NCBI GenBank assembly: GCA_051362555.1
Contig: CM120640.1
Location: forward strand, 39,844,788 to 39,908,787
Direction: 5' to 3'
Length of the DNA: 64,000 nucleotides
DNA from: Lingula anatina
Taxonomy: Eukaryota; Animalia; Brachiopoda
A program made the position numbers and the translations under genes. Under the pieces are notes generated by a model that was given only the letters and a program-made list of their open reading frames with translations, was not told the origin of the DNA and did no database searches. Position 1 is the first letter of the stretch. Every line of letters starts with the position of its first letter. Positions 11,478 through 27,000 of the stretch are shown one piece after another.

Positions 11478-14400
11478 TCAAAGATCATTATTATTTTGAT
11501 CACAAGCAAAAAATCTGTCAAGCTTACTTGTTAGGACCATAGTAATGGTCAATTACAATATGAACGCCACTGTCCTGGTCGGCCATAATCTAACATGTAT
11601 AACATTTTATAATGCTTGTCTTGTGAACATATAATGATCTTTAGCTGAGACTAAAACCAAGCTGGTATAACTTTTTTTTAAACACAGGTCACTTTTAACA
11701 AACTCATACAGGTAATAAATGCTGTTCTTAGAGTGCATACCCATAGATTTAGATCGATCCATCTAGATCGCCCTAACTCCCTGGGGGTTCACGCTTAATT
11801 GCTGTCAGCTGAGCACGCATGGTAGTTAATTACCCCTTTACAGCTTTTAGTAGGCGGGACAGACATTTAAGCCAGCTAAGCTGACAGTAATCTAGTGAGA
11901 CTCCATATAGGGATAGATCGATCTAAAATCTGTGGGAATGGGGTCTTAGGCATGCCATAAGAGTACAAGACACTAGACTTCCACTTCACTCTAAGATTCA
12001 ATTCTTTTGAATTCAATTTTACACAAAGGATCAAGCTACAGCATATGCTATAAAAGTATCTTTAACAAATATATTCTTCATTTTTTTTGTTATGAATACC
12101 ACTGATAATTAAATACATGATATAAAACTGAAAATAAGAAATAAAAGCATATAACTTAGGATTAAAAAATGCATGTGATCAGACTACATCTATAATTAAT
12201 TACTCACCTTCTTTGGGCTATCTCCTTTGTGTTTTTCAGACTCGGCCTGTCTTGCCAGCTCTGTGCTTCTCCTCTTCTGCTGCACAGGGGCATTCTCCAC
12301 CACTCGCTGTCGTACCTGTTTCTCCTTCTCACTCATATTCAGCTCCTCCTTGTGTAAAGTCTTATGCTGCAACAAGACAGAAAAGGGGGACATGAGACTA
12401 TGCCCGAGCTTCTCAAGGAGTTCCTCTGCACTTCTAATAGCTTCTTCCATGCTGTATTGCAGTGTCATTAAATAATCCCAGCAGTGTGCTACATCTATTC
12501 TGCGACTTGGCTCCAATCCTCAGAGGAATTATACAAGATTATTTTCCTAGATAAAAGCAACCGCCACAACAATAGCTGTTCTGTTCTCCATTCTAAGAAT
12601 TCAAACGATCCACATCCTGCAATGAAGACCGAATCCACCTCTCTGACACATAAATGCATCAAATCAATTGCGCTTGGTCATTACAATAATACAGTTAGCC
12701 AGCATGCACCATGTTAAAAATATTGATATTTGATGTGAAGAGTAAGCTTATTGCTGATAAGTCTCTTTAACAGAAGAACTATGATTGTATCATGTTACTG
12801 TCTCAAGCTATTTTCCAGGCACGTTTACTATCATCCAAGCAGAAACAACTTTGTCAGAGCTAACCCGTGGAAGCTTCTTCATCAGGAGAGATAATGGCCT
12901 ACTTGATTACGTTAATGTCTTCCTCGTCTTTGGTCTATAAAGTTTTCTATTCTCTGTAGAGCAACTAGATTTCCCTATTCTGCCTATTAGCCACTGGTTC
13001 CTTTAATTAATCAGATGTAATCTTTTCTGGTTTTCTACCCTAGATCCTGCGTAGAATATTCTGAGAGAGAGCTAACAAGTCCCCCATATCTAGAAATTCC
13101 ATATTTCTCTCAAGTGACGCATCCAAACACTGGTGTGGCTGTGACGGGTATTTTTGGCAAACCCTACTGAGCTGGGGAGTGTCAATAAAAAACATTGATA
13201 TTTATGGATCAGCCTGCTCTTGGCATAGGAATAATTTACAAACAAACAAGCTGAACTTAGATAGTGCCCAGAAAGCACCACTGACAAATGCATCCTCTTT
13301 ACATAATTTATTTTCATATTTGGTTATAATCCACTGAAACGAGCCCTACCTGAGTAATTTTCTTCAGTGCACATTCCCACTCCCAGGGCATCAATAACAA
13401 GTTTTTAGCCCACTTAAATGAGAAAATCAACACTCATATTGACCAATAATTATTGAAGGGCTATTCATAATTCATGTGGAGAGGCCAGCCTAATCCCAGT
13501 CTATCCCCAATCATGTACAGATCAAACCTTGTATCGATCAACCACTCAGTATGGCATCCAACAAGTTTGAATAATCATCATTCTACAATATGGAAGCACT
13601 CCAGTTCAATATCAATCGCTTTAGATTTTGAGCAGAAATAGAAAAGCCTTTTAATTTCCATGAAACAGATGAAGTATAATCATACAAGACAATTAATGTC
13701 TTCTACATAAATTTGGTGGGAAATAAACAAGGAAAAATGTGAAGCTCAAATAAATTTGCCAGTTCTGCAGAAGCATACAAAATGACATTGCTGGCTTGGT
13801 GCCAATATAGTTACACTTTGTTTTCTATATCAGAATACTTACTGTGACCAAATATACCACTACAGCAGTCATGAATTACAATAAGAATCAGAACAAATAA
13901 TACCTAAGGATATATCTGCGAAAAAATTAGATAATTGCAAAAATAAAAGCAACATACCGCCCCTTAAATCATGTGTGAATTTAAAGTTAGCTGTTAGAAT
14001 AGTGCACTGTATTTGTTCTGGTCACTGAACTTTAGGTTATATTAGTAGCCACAGGGCTACATCACTCAGCTGTAAGGAAAAGTTAAAAATATTTCTTTAT
14101 GAAATATCCATCTTCTACAGTTACACATACACAATGTGTCTCATCCTCTATCACACCCCAGGTCATATTATTATCCCATCTTTCACTGTTCACAGCTTGT
14201 CACACAATTCAAAGACATGAATGTTACTTATTCCTAGTCACGTCATCAGTGGAGTTATCTTAATGATGGAAACATTAGTGTCTGTAAGATTGATTGCCTT
14301 CTTCTTTTTTTTTTTTTTTTTTTTTGTCCTTACTGTCAGTAATACAATATTCCAGTTCACTATGAATTGTTCAAACAGCATGACGGGCATCTTTAAGATT

Positions 14401-17400
14401 TCACTTTTCTCAGATTGTTTAAGGCTGACAGAATTTTAAAAATAAAAAATCATAAATCTAGCATTACCATTAATTTATTCCCCATTGTAAGACCAACATG
14501 TTCTCTAGAATGTGTGGTAAACTGAAATGGATTTATCTTTGTGTGCAATTTCAACACACCTGATTAGACAAATCAGACAAACACTTCAAGGAAAAACAAC
14601 ATCCTGAAGGACAAGATGACAATTTCCTTATCAACCACTTTTTCTGACTTGAAGCATGTAAGTTTGATTAATGATCATTCAGAATCTGTTTTTAGCAACC
14701 TGTAACTTTTATTCAATCTACTCAAATATATTAATACGCATCTTCTGCAACTGATATAGACAACTGCAATGGCAGCAGTCCTGTGCTCCTTCCCAAACAG
14801 TATCAAGCACTCTGCTGGAATAATTGCAACTTGTCATCTTTCAGAAACCATTTCTGTGCAGCAACATAACAATGCCATTACCAAGATATGAATTAACCCA
14901 CTGTTTCTCAGTCCACACTGGGCATTCAACCTGTACTAACTGGGCATTAAAACTGTATCACTTCACATTCCCCTTGCAAAGAACAAAGTAAATTTTTTTA
15001 ATGTTTAGAGTTGCTTTATTGGCACACAGTTGTATATTTCAAAAAACATTTCTCTTGAAAATCCTGTCAACACATAGTGTGTGTGCATGTGTGTGTGTGT
15101 GTGTGTATGCGTGCATGCGTGTGTGTTAACATCAATTAAATGACTATACATACTGCACATAAAACAATATAGTCCAAGACAAGTTCTGAACCAGACAAAC
15201 TTAACCAAGTTAATTTTTGCTATAAGAAAAAGTTTCCATGACATCATTTCAATGGACATAAAATATTAATGCATATCTCAACTCAGGTGATGAAGTGCAT
15301 GAATGTTCAGACCCAAACATTTATCAAGTTAACTATTACATTAATATTTTTTCTCTAGATGCCCTTCATGGCCTTGACATTTAGGCCAAGGTGAATCTTT
15401 TCCCACTTATCCCCCCTCCCCCCCTGAGAGGCTTGCTTTTACCCCCTTTGTAATCTGGTTGTCAGGTAATACCATTTAGACTGTTTCCTGTTTGAGAAGG
15501 TTCGAAAAAAAATATCCAAAGGACACTGCAAAACATAAAAGCACTAGTGAAGTTAAAAGAAATGCTGCCAGCTAAAAGAAAACACAGCACATACCTGCTA
15601 TCAGCAGTTTTCACCTACACATGTCACAAGCCCCACGCCCAGTACAAACATCCTGCCCTGTACACAGCTAGCCAAGCAACATGCGAACATGAACTTTCAA
15701 TCATTACATAAAGCTGGTAAAGCTATATGTACAAGCTTTTATGGCTTTAATTCAACACTTGGATACAACTAACAGCCTATTAAGAAGTCAGGAAGAATTA
15801 GAATAATAATTTGTCTCTTGTTTTTTTTTTTACTTGCAGGCAACAGCTGTTAGTTAAATACTGCACACATTTCTGTATACAAGTTTTCACCCTGCACTGG
15901 CCTATTCAATGACATACTCATATCAATAAAACTCCAATCGATTTAGCATCTAAATATATTTTCCTCTTTACAGACATTCACCCCCTTTATTTCAACTCTC
16001 TCTATCAAGTAAGTGCCTTATAACAGAAAGCATTATAAACACAAACATAACAAATGCACGATTAATCATACAATACTGAAGGATTCTTATAATATTATGC
16101 CTCATGAATGTCTTATGGTGTGGTCAATTGCCAATGCATCATAATTCTTTTTTAACTTATCAGATTTGCAGAACGATGTTCAGGAATTTCTTTGCTTTGC
16201 AGTCAATAGACCAAAAATCAACCCCAGTAAGTAGCATATACACACCTTTAGTATATTCCTCTCCACTTCACCTCCACGTCCTTCAAATACGTTTTGAATC
16301 TTCAATAAACAACTGGGACTTGTGTTTATTTCACGTCCAAAGAAACACCTCTAGTGCAAATACAATAACTCCGAATCAAATAGGTCAGTAAATTGTTTAT
16401 GGTTTTAAGGTCAAAGTAAAAGAACACCTTGTGTATGCACTAGGGCTTAAAGCTTTTACTTTTTCAAAGCCAAATATGTGTGTGTAATTATCATGATGCT
16501 CAGGGGGAAAAGGGAGACTCTTTTAGAAAGGAATCCTTTTATATTCAATCCTTTAGCAAATTAAAAAAAGCCGTGGTAAATCTTTCACACAATTTGCCAT
16601 GTGCACAATTAGCCACAGGCATTATATTTTGCTCATGAATAACATGGATAATATTCATATCATAGGTGTTAGAATCACTTATATCCCCAGCATATTGCTT
16701 CATTAAACCAGATCTAATTACTAGGAAAATACCCCACTTTTAGAAAGCTAAATATTTTCCTCTTTCTCTCTCACATCAGTGTACTTAAATAAGTTTATCA
16801 GCACTATTTCCTATACCATATTCCACAGGCCCAATTAGACACACTAAACCTTTCTTTGAGATGTTGCAAGTTAAGGAAATATACTAGCATGAGATCTACT
16901 GTAACAATCAAGTTGTTTTTTGACTGGTGAGGACACATGAAGGTAATCAGGGGTATACAGAAAAGTCTGTCTGTTATACTAAATCCCTGTATATTGTATA
17001 GTTTACACATATTACTGTTTATTAAACTTTGAGTTGAGACTTTCATATTTATAATTGATAAAACTGCTGCTGCAATAAACTTTCTATGCCAATATGCTGT
17101 CTTTGCCACTGTTAACAGTGTGCATCTGCCCTCTCCATTGTGCAGTGCAATGTTGACCCCTAGTGCAACAACATTAACTAGAGGTGTTACTAAAAATAGA
17201 CAATATACCTATGGTCCTTGTTTGCCTAACCACTACAAATATATATATATATTGACCAATCACAGAAAATTTATTTACTAAAGGTGTTAACATCACACAA
17301 AGAATTATTTCTATGTCCAATGAGCTTCAATTACTTTCAGAGTTTATCACCTGTCGATAAAAGAATTACTAGGAAAGTTTCGCCTCCTTCTCTATCAAAC

Positions 17401-20400
17401 CATGTTAGCTTCCATCCTGCCACTTAAAATCACTAGAACATATCAGCTCAATTTAAAACCATTGAGTAAACAGATGATCAATCAAAATTTTTCTGCCAAA
17501 TGTTTCAATAAATATCCACTTAATTTTCCGAAAAAATACCACTCTGACATTTACGGAGTGCCTTCCGACAAGGCAGCACACCCTACCTTACCTAAAGTTA
17601 CCACGCTAACAACCTATAACAACACCCTTTAAGTCCTCTCCTGTCAAACTGAGTTACTGAGAGGCTTTATGAAGCCGGGCTTAACATGCGTAGCCATGTT
17701 CCAGTATAGAATACAAAAAGGGCACATAACCTTCTGCATGTGGACTGTATGTTTTCAAATGACATGTGAAAACCATCATGATAGATGGACTCCCACTTTT
17801 TTTTTTTTTTTTTTTTTTGTAACAAAACACAAAGATAAGAAAATTAATTACCATTATGCCACAAAAAGCTTAGTCTATGAATTGGGTAAAATAAATTCAT
17901 TTCTTGGCAACTATAACGTTCTTCATTGACATCTAATTCTCTGTCCCTATCCATGTTTATGAAGTGGAACTTGTTTACAACACTCAAATATAAAGATGCT
18001 CTGGAGCATGACCAGAAATGACACAGAGAAGGTTACACCTCAACCCTCCTCCATTTTGCCCTTTATTATATCAGCCTTGGTAGTCTAACAGTCCAAGAAG
18101 TTGATCTAACCTTCTTGAATAGACTAATAAACAAGCTTGACTTTACATACAACACCTACTAGTCTAAAAGTCTAATAAACAAGTTTGTTTTTACATTCAA
18201 GGACTTACTGGTCTAATGTGGTGATAAACAACTTGTTTGTACACAATAACTGATTAGTCTAATGTGCTTAATAAACAAACTTGTTTTTATAACTCTTTTG
18301 CAGAGTTGGGAGCACTTGTACAGAAGAAAAAATCAATATGCTATGAACTTTCTTTATGTTCAAAAATACAATGTACTAGGACATGTGTATAAATTTCCAA
18401 CTGAATTCCAAGACTTTAAAATTGCACTGGACATACCAGCAATGTAAATTAAAAAAATTCAATTTTCAAAATGTCACAAGGCTTAAAGTGTAAGCTTGCT
18501 TTGAACATCTTGGTTTTAATAAGGGTTTATAGTTAACCACATTTTTTAGAGGAGGGGCTCCGGAACTTTAAAGAAAAATGACCACACAATCTACCACATG
18601 ATCTAGGAAATGACCCCCATCAACTCAATTATAGTCAAAATTGACACAGGGGTGCTTCACATGGTGGATTACCTACCACATATGCTTTTCACCTTTCTCT
18701 ATCTTACCTTCTGTCCTGTGAGGACAATCTTAGTTGGTATTGTATTCTGCCTCCACGATGCATCAGTCTCCATGTGTTCTGTAGTACTGGTGTCCCCTGT
18801 AGTAGAGCTGGACTCCGCTGCCATAGTATTATTCTCTTTGGTCAAGTACAGGATCTGGTTCACCACTTTCTGAACCAACCGCTCGCTGCCAAACTCACCT
18901 GTAAAGAGAGATAAAGGTCATGCCCTCTGCTTGTTTTGAGATAAGAACATTCATTGGTTAAATCCGTGTGGACCTGGGCTCCTGATTTACAGCATGAATG
19001 GCCATGGCCACTTCAAATGTTGCATGGAAGATTGATCGTGAATGTGTGTGTGTGTTTACTGTCATTAATGTCACAAGTGAACATACCTTACCAAAACTAA
19101 GCTTGAAGGTAGGGATTATTTACACCTTGATTTATGCACACCTGTATATTGTTAAGGTAATGACTTAATACCTACAGGCCGAGCACTTCTACTGGACAAC
19201 AACAACACTTTAGTTCAAAATCGAGAGATATTTTAAAAGCAACACATATCGTTTTTGTCCTGTTGATATTTCTAAAAACAAATTGTTGACATCAGGGTTA
19301 AATCAATCCAAATGTTACATTCCACATTTCCTACTGGTAAAACTCATCCGTGAAGTGAAGATATGCACCATTTTCAATTTTGGACACACCATGTAAACAG
19401 TGAGAGGCAAACGAATCAAATATTTATATAAAAAGTTAGTAAAGGACCCAATGCGTGGTGGAATTACACAGATACATGTGTACTTGTTTACAGCTGTAGT
19501 TAATGAATATCTTGCAGGTAAGCAAATACCCTTGCCTTGAATGGAAAACGCCTGTCTGGGCACATTCAGATTGTTTTAAAATCTAGAACCACTTAGTCCC
19601 ACTTCCTCAGTTACCAGAGTTCAGGCTACTCAAAGCAGGACACTTACTGTCACTGTGGCGGAATTTCAATTTCCTGAATATCTTATTTTTCAACTTTTCA
19701 TGGGGATGAAAACTCAGCTTTGCTGGCTAATTTTAGACACACATGATACATATCCCACCAAGCATCAAATACTCATTCTTATGAACAATGAAATATTTCC
19801 CACCAATGTGTGACATTCATAAGTATCCAAGCTACAGGAGTATTTGACCATAACAGAAGATAGTACTATTCTGAGCTGCATTTGAGCTATCTTCATATAA
19901 CTGAACAACATAAAAGTTTCTGGCTTAAACAAGTGATCCATAAAATAATAGACTATTAGGCTATTATCAGCTAAGCACAAAAGTTTCTGAATTTTTGCTG
20001 ATAAAGAAGTTAACCATTAGCTGTTGTAACGTGAGGAAGACCTTTATAGATGTGGCATGCATGTGACAAAATCATGGTAATGATTGAAGTTATTTTTGTC
20101 TTGGACTTACAAATACTGTTTGAAAAGTTAAAAAATTATCTAGTGTACAAGTTAAACACAGTTTTTCTTCATTCTGTAAAGTACAGTATATAATAAACTT
20201 AATGCATTAATGCAAAGTCTAGAACTCTTGTGACACTAAGAATACATAATAAATAGAAATCTGTTGTATTCAAAACTACATTCACATATAAATTTGCCAG
20301 GGTCACAGGTGGAGGTAACACATGGGACATCAGAAATTCATCCAACACATCCAAGCGCCACACCTTTCTAAATGATTATATGACAACTGCTTTATCATTC

Positions 20401-23400
20401 CAAACATTGCTGCATATTTGCAATAAGAGAAAGTATGACCTGTTTAATAAGATTCATGAAGCCCAGAATCAAGCTCTATTTTTAATGGTCAAATGTTCAT
20501 CTATGAGGAGAGCAAGTGATAGAAACTTGTTTTAGGTAATAATTCAGATAATTTTCAAAGATGTGCAAATAGTTTTGCCCAGGCAATCACTGTTTGCACA
20601 TCTTAAAAGCAATCTATTTTCATCCACCCGACAATAGTTTCAAACAAAAAATTCTTTGTCCAGAAAAAAGGGCTAAAACAATTCCATATAACTCACATTA
20701 AAAACCAGAACACACAAATCAGATATTCTTTGTTCATTTCTAAACCCATTGCACTGTTGACCTTTATCCTCTCTCCTACGGTAAACAGCTTTGTCAGTGA
20801 AACAATAATCACAGAAATCAGACAAAATATCATTTCAGCAAAAAATAGAGCCCTGTGTTCAGTTTTCCATCATGAGGTTTCTCATATTGATTTGTCACAA
20901 GAACTTTGAAGTTCATTCTTGACTGTAATCAAGTCACCAGTAGAAACACAATTATACCTTATTTTTGTTAAGCTAATACTATGTGATCCATAAAAGGGGT
21001 ATCAATAGGATAAATAATTTAAAGTTTATACAGGCTTTTTTTGTTATTTCATCCAGGCCTATCACCAAATAGTAGCTAAAAAGAGGAATCAATTGCAAAG
21101 TGTTCCAAATATAGAGTGAATTGTTAGAGTATCATAAAAAATCTATACCCTCTACCTGAAGATCCAGTAGATAATCCAAATTTGCCTCTGAGTAGGAATA
21201 AAATATCAACAAATATTAACAGGTTACCATAATCTATCTGGTATTTCTTTTCCAAAATAATATCTTCAGCACCAATTTACTGTTCTTACTATTTTTCTTA
21301 CAAGTCAGTTTGCTTACCAAAAATGAACTATTATACCGACAATACAGAGTATCAAGCTCCACTGATAATACAATACAAAAACAGATCATTTTTGCATGTA
21401 TTATTTAAATTCTAAACATAATAACATTTACAAGAACTGATTTCTTTCCTTCCATTGATTTGATAAAAGTCAATTTTTGTCAAAGTGCAATAATTATAAT
21501 TATAATGGCTGGCAACATATAATGTAATTTAATCAACAATGATTTTCCTTCAAACAAAAACACTGAAAACCACCCACTTCTTTACTGTGAAAAGCCTTAA
21601 CACATAGCATAGGTGTATCAAATGTATCAAATCAACATTTAAGTGGTGTATTAGCTACAATAGAAGTTTCCATGTCAACATTAATATTTCAAGATAACAA
21701 GATACGGAAGTAAAAAATAAAATAATTCATATATATCTGCACATCCACGATACTGGGTAACAACAATGAGTTCAACTTCAAAGACTGTCAAAATATTCCT
21801 ATATGTTGGATTATAATGGGGATGCTTTCATGTGAAGGGGATGGATTTGTCTTATTTTAACAAACAATTTTGCGTTTCCAAACATAGCTGCATATTTTAA
21901 ACTTTTCAATTTTTATCCGAAAATGATAATAAAATACTGCTTAAATCTGGGATACAGATATACCAGTCTGTTTTGCAATGGTATATCATAGAAAAGAAAG
22001 CTGTCAGAATAGTTTTGTCATATATTTTGTATTTTGGTCTTCTCAGGGATCATTTATGGCGCATACACACTAGAGAAAAACAAAAATTGCTCTTCGTTGC
22101 AAATTTTGATGGGTGAAGAAAACGTGTTGTTGTGTGTTACCATCGTTTCTGTTTTCACACATGTGAACTATACAAATCGTTCAATTTCGGGATATAAATA
22201 CCTGAAATACACTCTGCTTTTCATAAAACAACAGTGTATAAGTAAATCCTGCCATCTAAGCTTGTAATCACTGATGTTATGACCCAATCCTGTTTCTTTT
22301 CCTTCAGACACGCCCGACAGCGAAACCACAGATAGCATGTAGTTTTGTTTCCACATTCAGATTCAGATTCCACATTCAGATTAGCATAAAAGTGGAAATT
22401 TCCATTGATGACGTAATGACCCAGTTACAAGAATATTAAATGAGACTAATTAAATTAGCTGTATGTGATTCCCACTTTTTGGTGTGTAATGCATGAAAAA
22501 CTATCTTGTGCCATCATGCTTTCCCAACTCTGTGAATTTAAGTGCACTCTTTCCTGATAATTTTTATATGTGTTTAACGTTACATTTTCCAAACATTATG
22601 AATATAAAGTAAAATACATTGCATGTTGTAAGCAGAAAGCGTGCTTGTATCATGTTAAAATTTTGATGCCTATGTCCCAATGTTATTATCCAGTATTCTA
22701 GACCTATAGATATATGAAAAAAAATTCTGTAAAAGAGAGAGAGAGAGAGTGACTGAAAGATAACAAGGGTATCAAACAAACAAATCACTTAGTACATGAG
22801 CCTTACCTAACTTCCTACATTTTCTTCTACCACCCAATTACCTACATATGCTGAATAGCAGCTTAACAGATAAAACATAGACACGTACTCTTACCACTTT
22901 TGCAGATAAACTCTACCTGCAGTTAAGTTGTGCTTGTATATTTATGAATTATAGGGATAATTGTATTTGCTTGCTGCAGCAAGTGGAAAATTATCAAGTT
23001 TTTCTGCCAGCCACTGCAATAACACATGATCACACCATATTAACAGAAATGTTTTCACTCTATATAATATATTACCACTATAATATTTTTAAAATGAAAT
23101 AATTTTACACTAAAAAACACTGGCCTTTGGCTTTCAAATCTATACATATAATCATAAATATCAAAGAAACAATTCTATCCAAGTTATTGTCAAGTAATTA
23201 ATTAAAATTAATACGAAAACCTGATAAATCTAATAGCAATTTTGCTAATGCTGTATGTCATTTCCTCCACGCCAACTCCAAAACACTAAAATAACATTGG
23301 CACATACTGCTATAATATAATTTCAATCTCTCAAAGGATAAAAAACTTAGCACATCTGTCATAATCTTCATTGATTTTCTTCAAGTTAATTTGGCTGATA

Positions 23401-24019
23401 CCAAGTTGCATTTCCGGCTAACTTTTTACAAAATCCTTTTATATCTTTTCTTATCTCTGAAGTAGCAGCTATGGTGCATTACTACACTGTTATCCTGATA
23501 TTCAAAATTCCTTTCACCTCATTCAATACCATTTAAAGTTGAAAAATATATGGTATAATCCTTATCATTTCTTATGCTAAATCACTAGCAATATCATTTA
23601 TTCACTATAAGCCTATCCCTCATACTCTTTCCATGCTTTTTGTTAAAACACCTCATTAATAGCCAATGCTTTAATAATTGATGCCATTCTTCTGTATACA
23701 TTTCAATGATTGACGTCAGATTCAAAACGAATGCTTATATTATGTCTTCTTGGAACATATTGCACCCTATCCTTTTCATAGAAATTCTAATGTATCTGGT
23801 ACATATTCCAGGACACTGAAGTGTTTTAAATGGAAAAACAGTTATGCTATTCAATTTAAATGATTTCCTTCCTGTGGCAATAAGCTGAGAAAGAGGTGCA
23901 ATTCATTATGTTTTTATCACAAGCCACAAACATTGACTATAACAGCCATGTTGAGAATCACATGCATTTACAAACACACAAAGATAAGTATGCATCTCTC
24001 TATCTCACTCTCTCTCACG

Positions 24020-24057
<38 letters not shown>

Positions 24058-27000
24058 AACAAATAATCATCTCTCTCTCTCTTCTGCTTTTCAATAGACT
24101 GATACATTTTCCTGCCAATCCTCCTTAAACTTGCTTCACTTACCTTTTTTACCTCGGGCAATTTGAACAATAATCCAATAACCATTAAAACTTGATGTTA
24201 CACATTACAACATCACATGAAACTGCTCCACCTTAGGTAGAAAGCATTGGTACTTCAGTACCTGGTATAACCTTCAGCCTCCTATGATGTGGTTACACCT
24301 AGTTGTTCAGTAATTTTTAACCCAAGGTTACAAAGATCGTCTGGTCACATTTACTGACATGACAGTCAAATCAACATTGTTTTTCCAAAAAGATACATGT
24401 ACCACATTTAAAAAACTAGGCATCAAAGGCTGTCAAGTGTACATACCTGAACCTGCATCAACTGCAATCAGTAAAAAAAAAACCTCAAGAAAAATAGAAA
24501 TCCTGTCGAAACAGAACAACTCGAATGAACCCACTGCTTAGAAGATACACTGTCAATCAGGCCAATATAATAATAATAAAAAAAAAACAAAATGACTGCT
24601 GGGGGTATGCAAAGTTCCTGCCAGGTGTTGACAAAGATGAGCTTCAAAAATAAATCAAGGTGACTGGCTCAGAAACTTATTCCAGGGCTTCAACAGAGGC
24701 TTCTGTGCAGGTATTGGAAATCCAGTGATCCACTTCCACTCCCTTCTCCAGTTACTGCATCAAAGTAGTTTAGGTGTTAAGAAGGACGGACAATAGAAGC
24801 CATTTCCCTAGGTACCCTCCGCACGAGAATGGCATGAGCACAAAAAATATCATCCTAATGTTTGCTCTCCTGCTACATGAAGTTACAAACCCAATACCGA
24901 CATGTCAACCGATCAATAAAGTCCACACAAACCGATTTATGATATGAAATTACTGTCATGAACTAAAAATCAAAACATCATCAACTCAAGTTATTTTCTT
25001 ACAAATTTTCTAAGAAGACATTAAATAGGTTACAAATACTTAAACTGTGCATATAAATATACATATAACAACCAAATCTGTTGACTGCAGAAATATAAAC
25101 TGTCTTATCTCCAGACATGCGATGGTCACTTAAACAAACACACACTACACAGAAGCACGATTCTATCAACTGGGCAGTCATCTGGGGTCACAGCAGCTAC
25201 AATGACCAATTATCAGTTATCTGTTGGTATTTATTTTCAAATCAAATGATCTACAGAAACAAGTCTCTTTTATTTGAAGTGTTTAAGGAGGAGTAGAAAA
25301 ACTGCAGGCCCTGAAAATATATTAAATTACACAAATGGCTTATCTCAAAAATGGCTGCAAACAAATATTGTGCCAAATAAATACCTTTTGTGCATTTATA
25401 AATGATAATAATATTATTCAAAACCTATAAATCAAAATAAAACAAAAAATAAAGACAATAGCCATTAATTCAAAATATAGCAACACTGTAGAAACACGAT
25501 TTAAAAAGCAGTAGAATATAATGTTCAGATCAGCGGAGTGGACAAAGAGAGTGATATACAGTATATGCATAGTATTGAATTGAAGCCTGAATGGGAAGCC
25601 AGTAGAATTGTTTTAAGGCAGTAGTGATAAAAACTGTCAGTGGCCTAGGCAGTGTATATATTAGATGACCTGATTGCTTTGTGTGTCAGTGTGGTTGGGA
25701 ATGTTCCATGTTCAGCAAACAAATCAAAAGAACAACATTTTATGTGATCCTTTACCCCTTTCTGGGGACTTCACTTGTAAGGTTTGGAATTGATTTATCT
25801 GCATTTATGGACATAACAAAGTATTCTAAATACAATTCTAGGCAATATCCAGGACTATATATGCACTGCATTTGATTTCCCAGAACCACAATCCTATAAA
25901 ATTTACATGAATGTTTTATAAATACAAAATTGCAGCGTAATTGTTATAATGCACTACCTGCACTTTTTTTTACATCTGCCTGTGCTGAAGGAATAACCTT
26001 GTTGTAGATTTGATACTGGTAAGCCTACATCTGTTTTAAACAACCACTAAAGCAAGCTGCTTCCATTACACTACAATTGATTAGCACTTCAATCTATAAC
26101 TGAATTCCAAGTAATACCTCTAGGACCAAACAAACAGTTTGGTCTCCTGGATAACTTAAACACTTACAGTTTGATATTAATTCTTAGAGAATTTTTGAAT
26201 TAAGACAAAATACACACGAAGAAGGTAGAATGAATACAAGTACTATAAGAACAGGGAGCTGGTCTGCCCAATAACCTTCTACATTGCTTTTAAAAAATGT
26301 GTCTCTCATTGCTTTAAGTCTTTGATTTTCTTCTGCTATCAGTAATCTTGATTAATTGATAGATAAATGTTTTAAATAAACCGAAAGATTGAAAGCCATC
26401 TGCACTAAGAGTAGTAGAGCAGAGTGACCTAATCTACAGAGTACAAATTGCCTTCATAGATCTTCATCTTTCAGCAAAACAAGTCAATCAATTACATGCA
26501 TAGCATTGGAATCTGTTTTTCCTTGACTACCTAAAACCTGGGATTTGGTATTAAATTAAGCAATAGCAAAAAATCTTCATAATAAAAAATATATATGCAT
26601 GTGGTTGATATCTGAACAAAAAGGAAGAGTTGAAGAAAATGTGTTAAAATAAAAGCAAAAGGCTGATGACTTTCAAATTGATTTTGAGCAAAATTTTGAT
26701 CTTTTTTTAATGACCAGTGTTAACTTTCACTCAGTGAATCACTTATTCACTCAGTGAAACACTGTATCAAAATTTTCTTCTTTTTGCTTTTTTTAATTTC
26801 ATCCATTCAAATTAAAAATCTTATTTCTCTTCATTGTATCCCTTCAAGCATACTCTCAAATTATTTAATTTTTACTTCACAATTTTTGAAGCTGTAGCAG
26901 GGAATAATCATATAATTATGTCTTCATACATTCAACCTGTTCATAGAGGAAAACATATCAAGCCTAATTTTAATGACAGCCTTACTTTAGCCTTACTCTG

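Noticed and set aside
17119-17172. Loose resemblance to a miR-33-like hairpin
   Set aside because: The seed and arms do not match, and pairing is poor.
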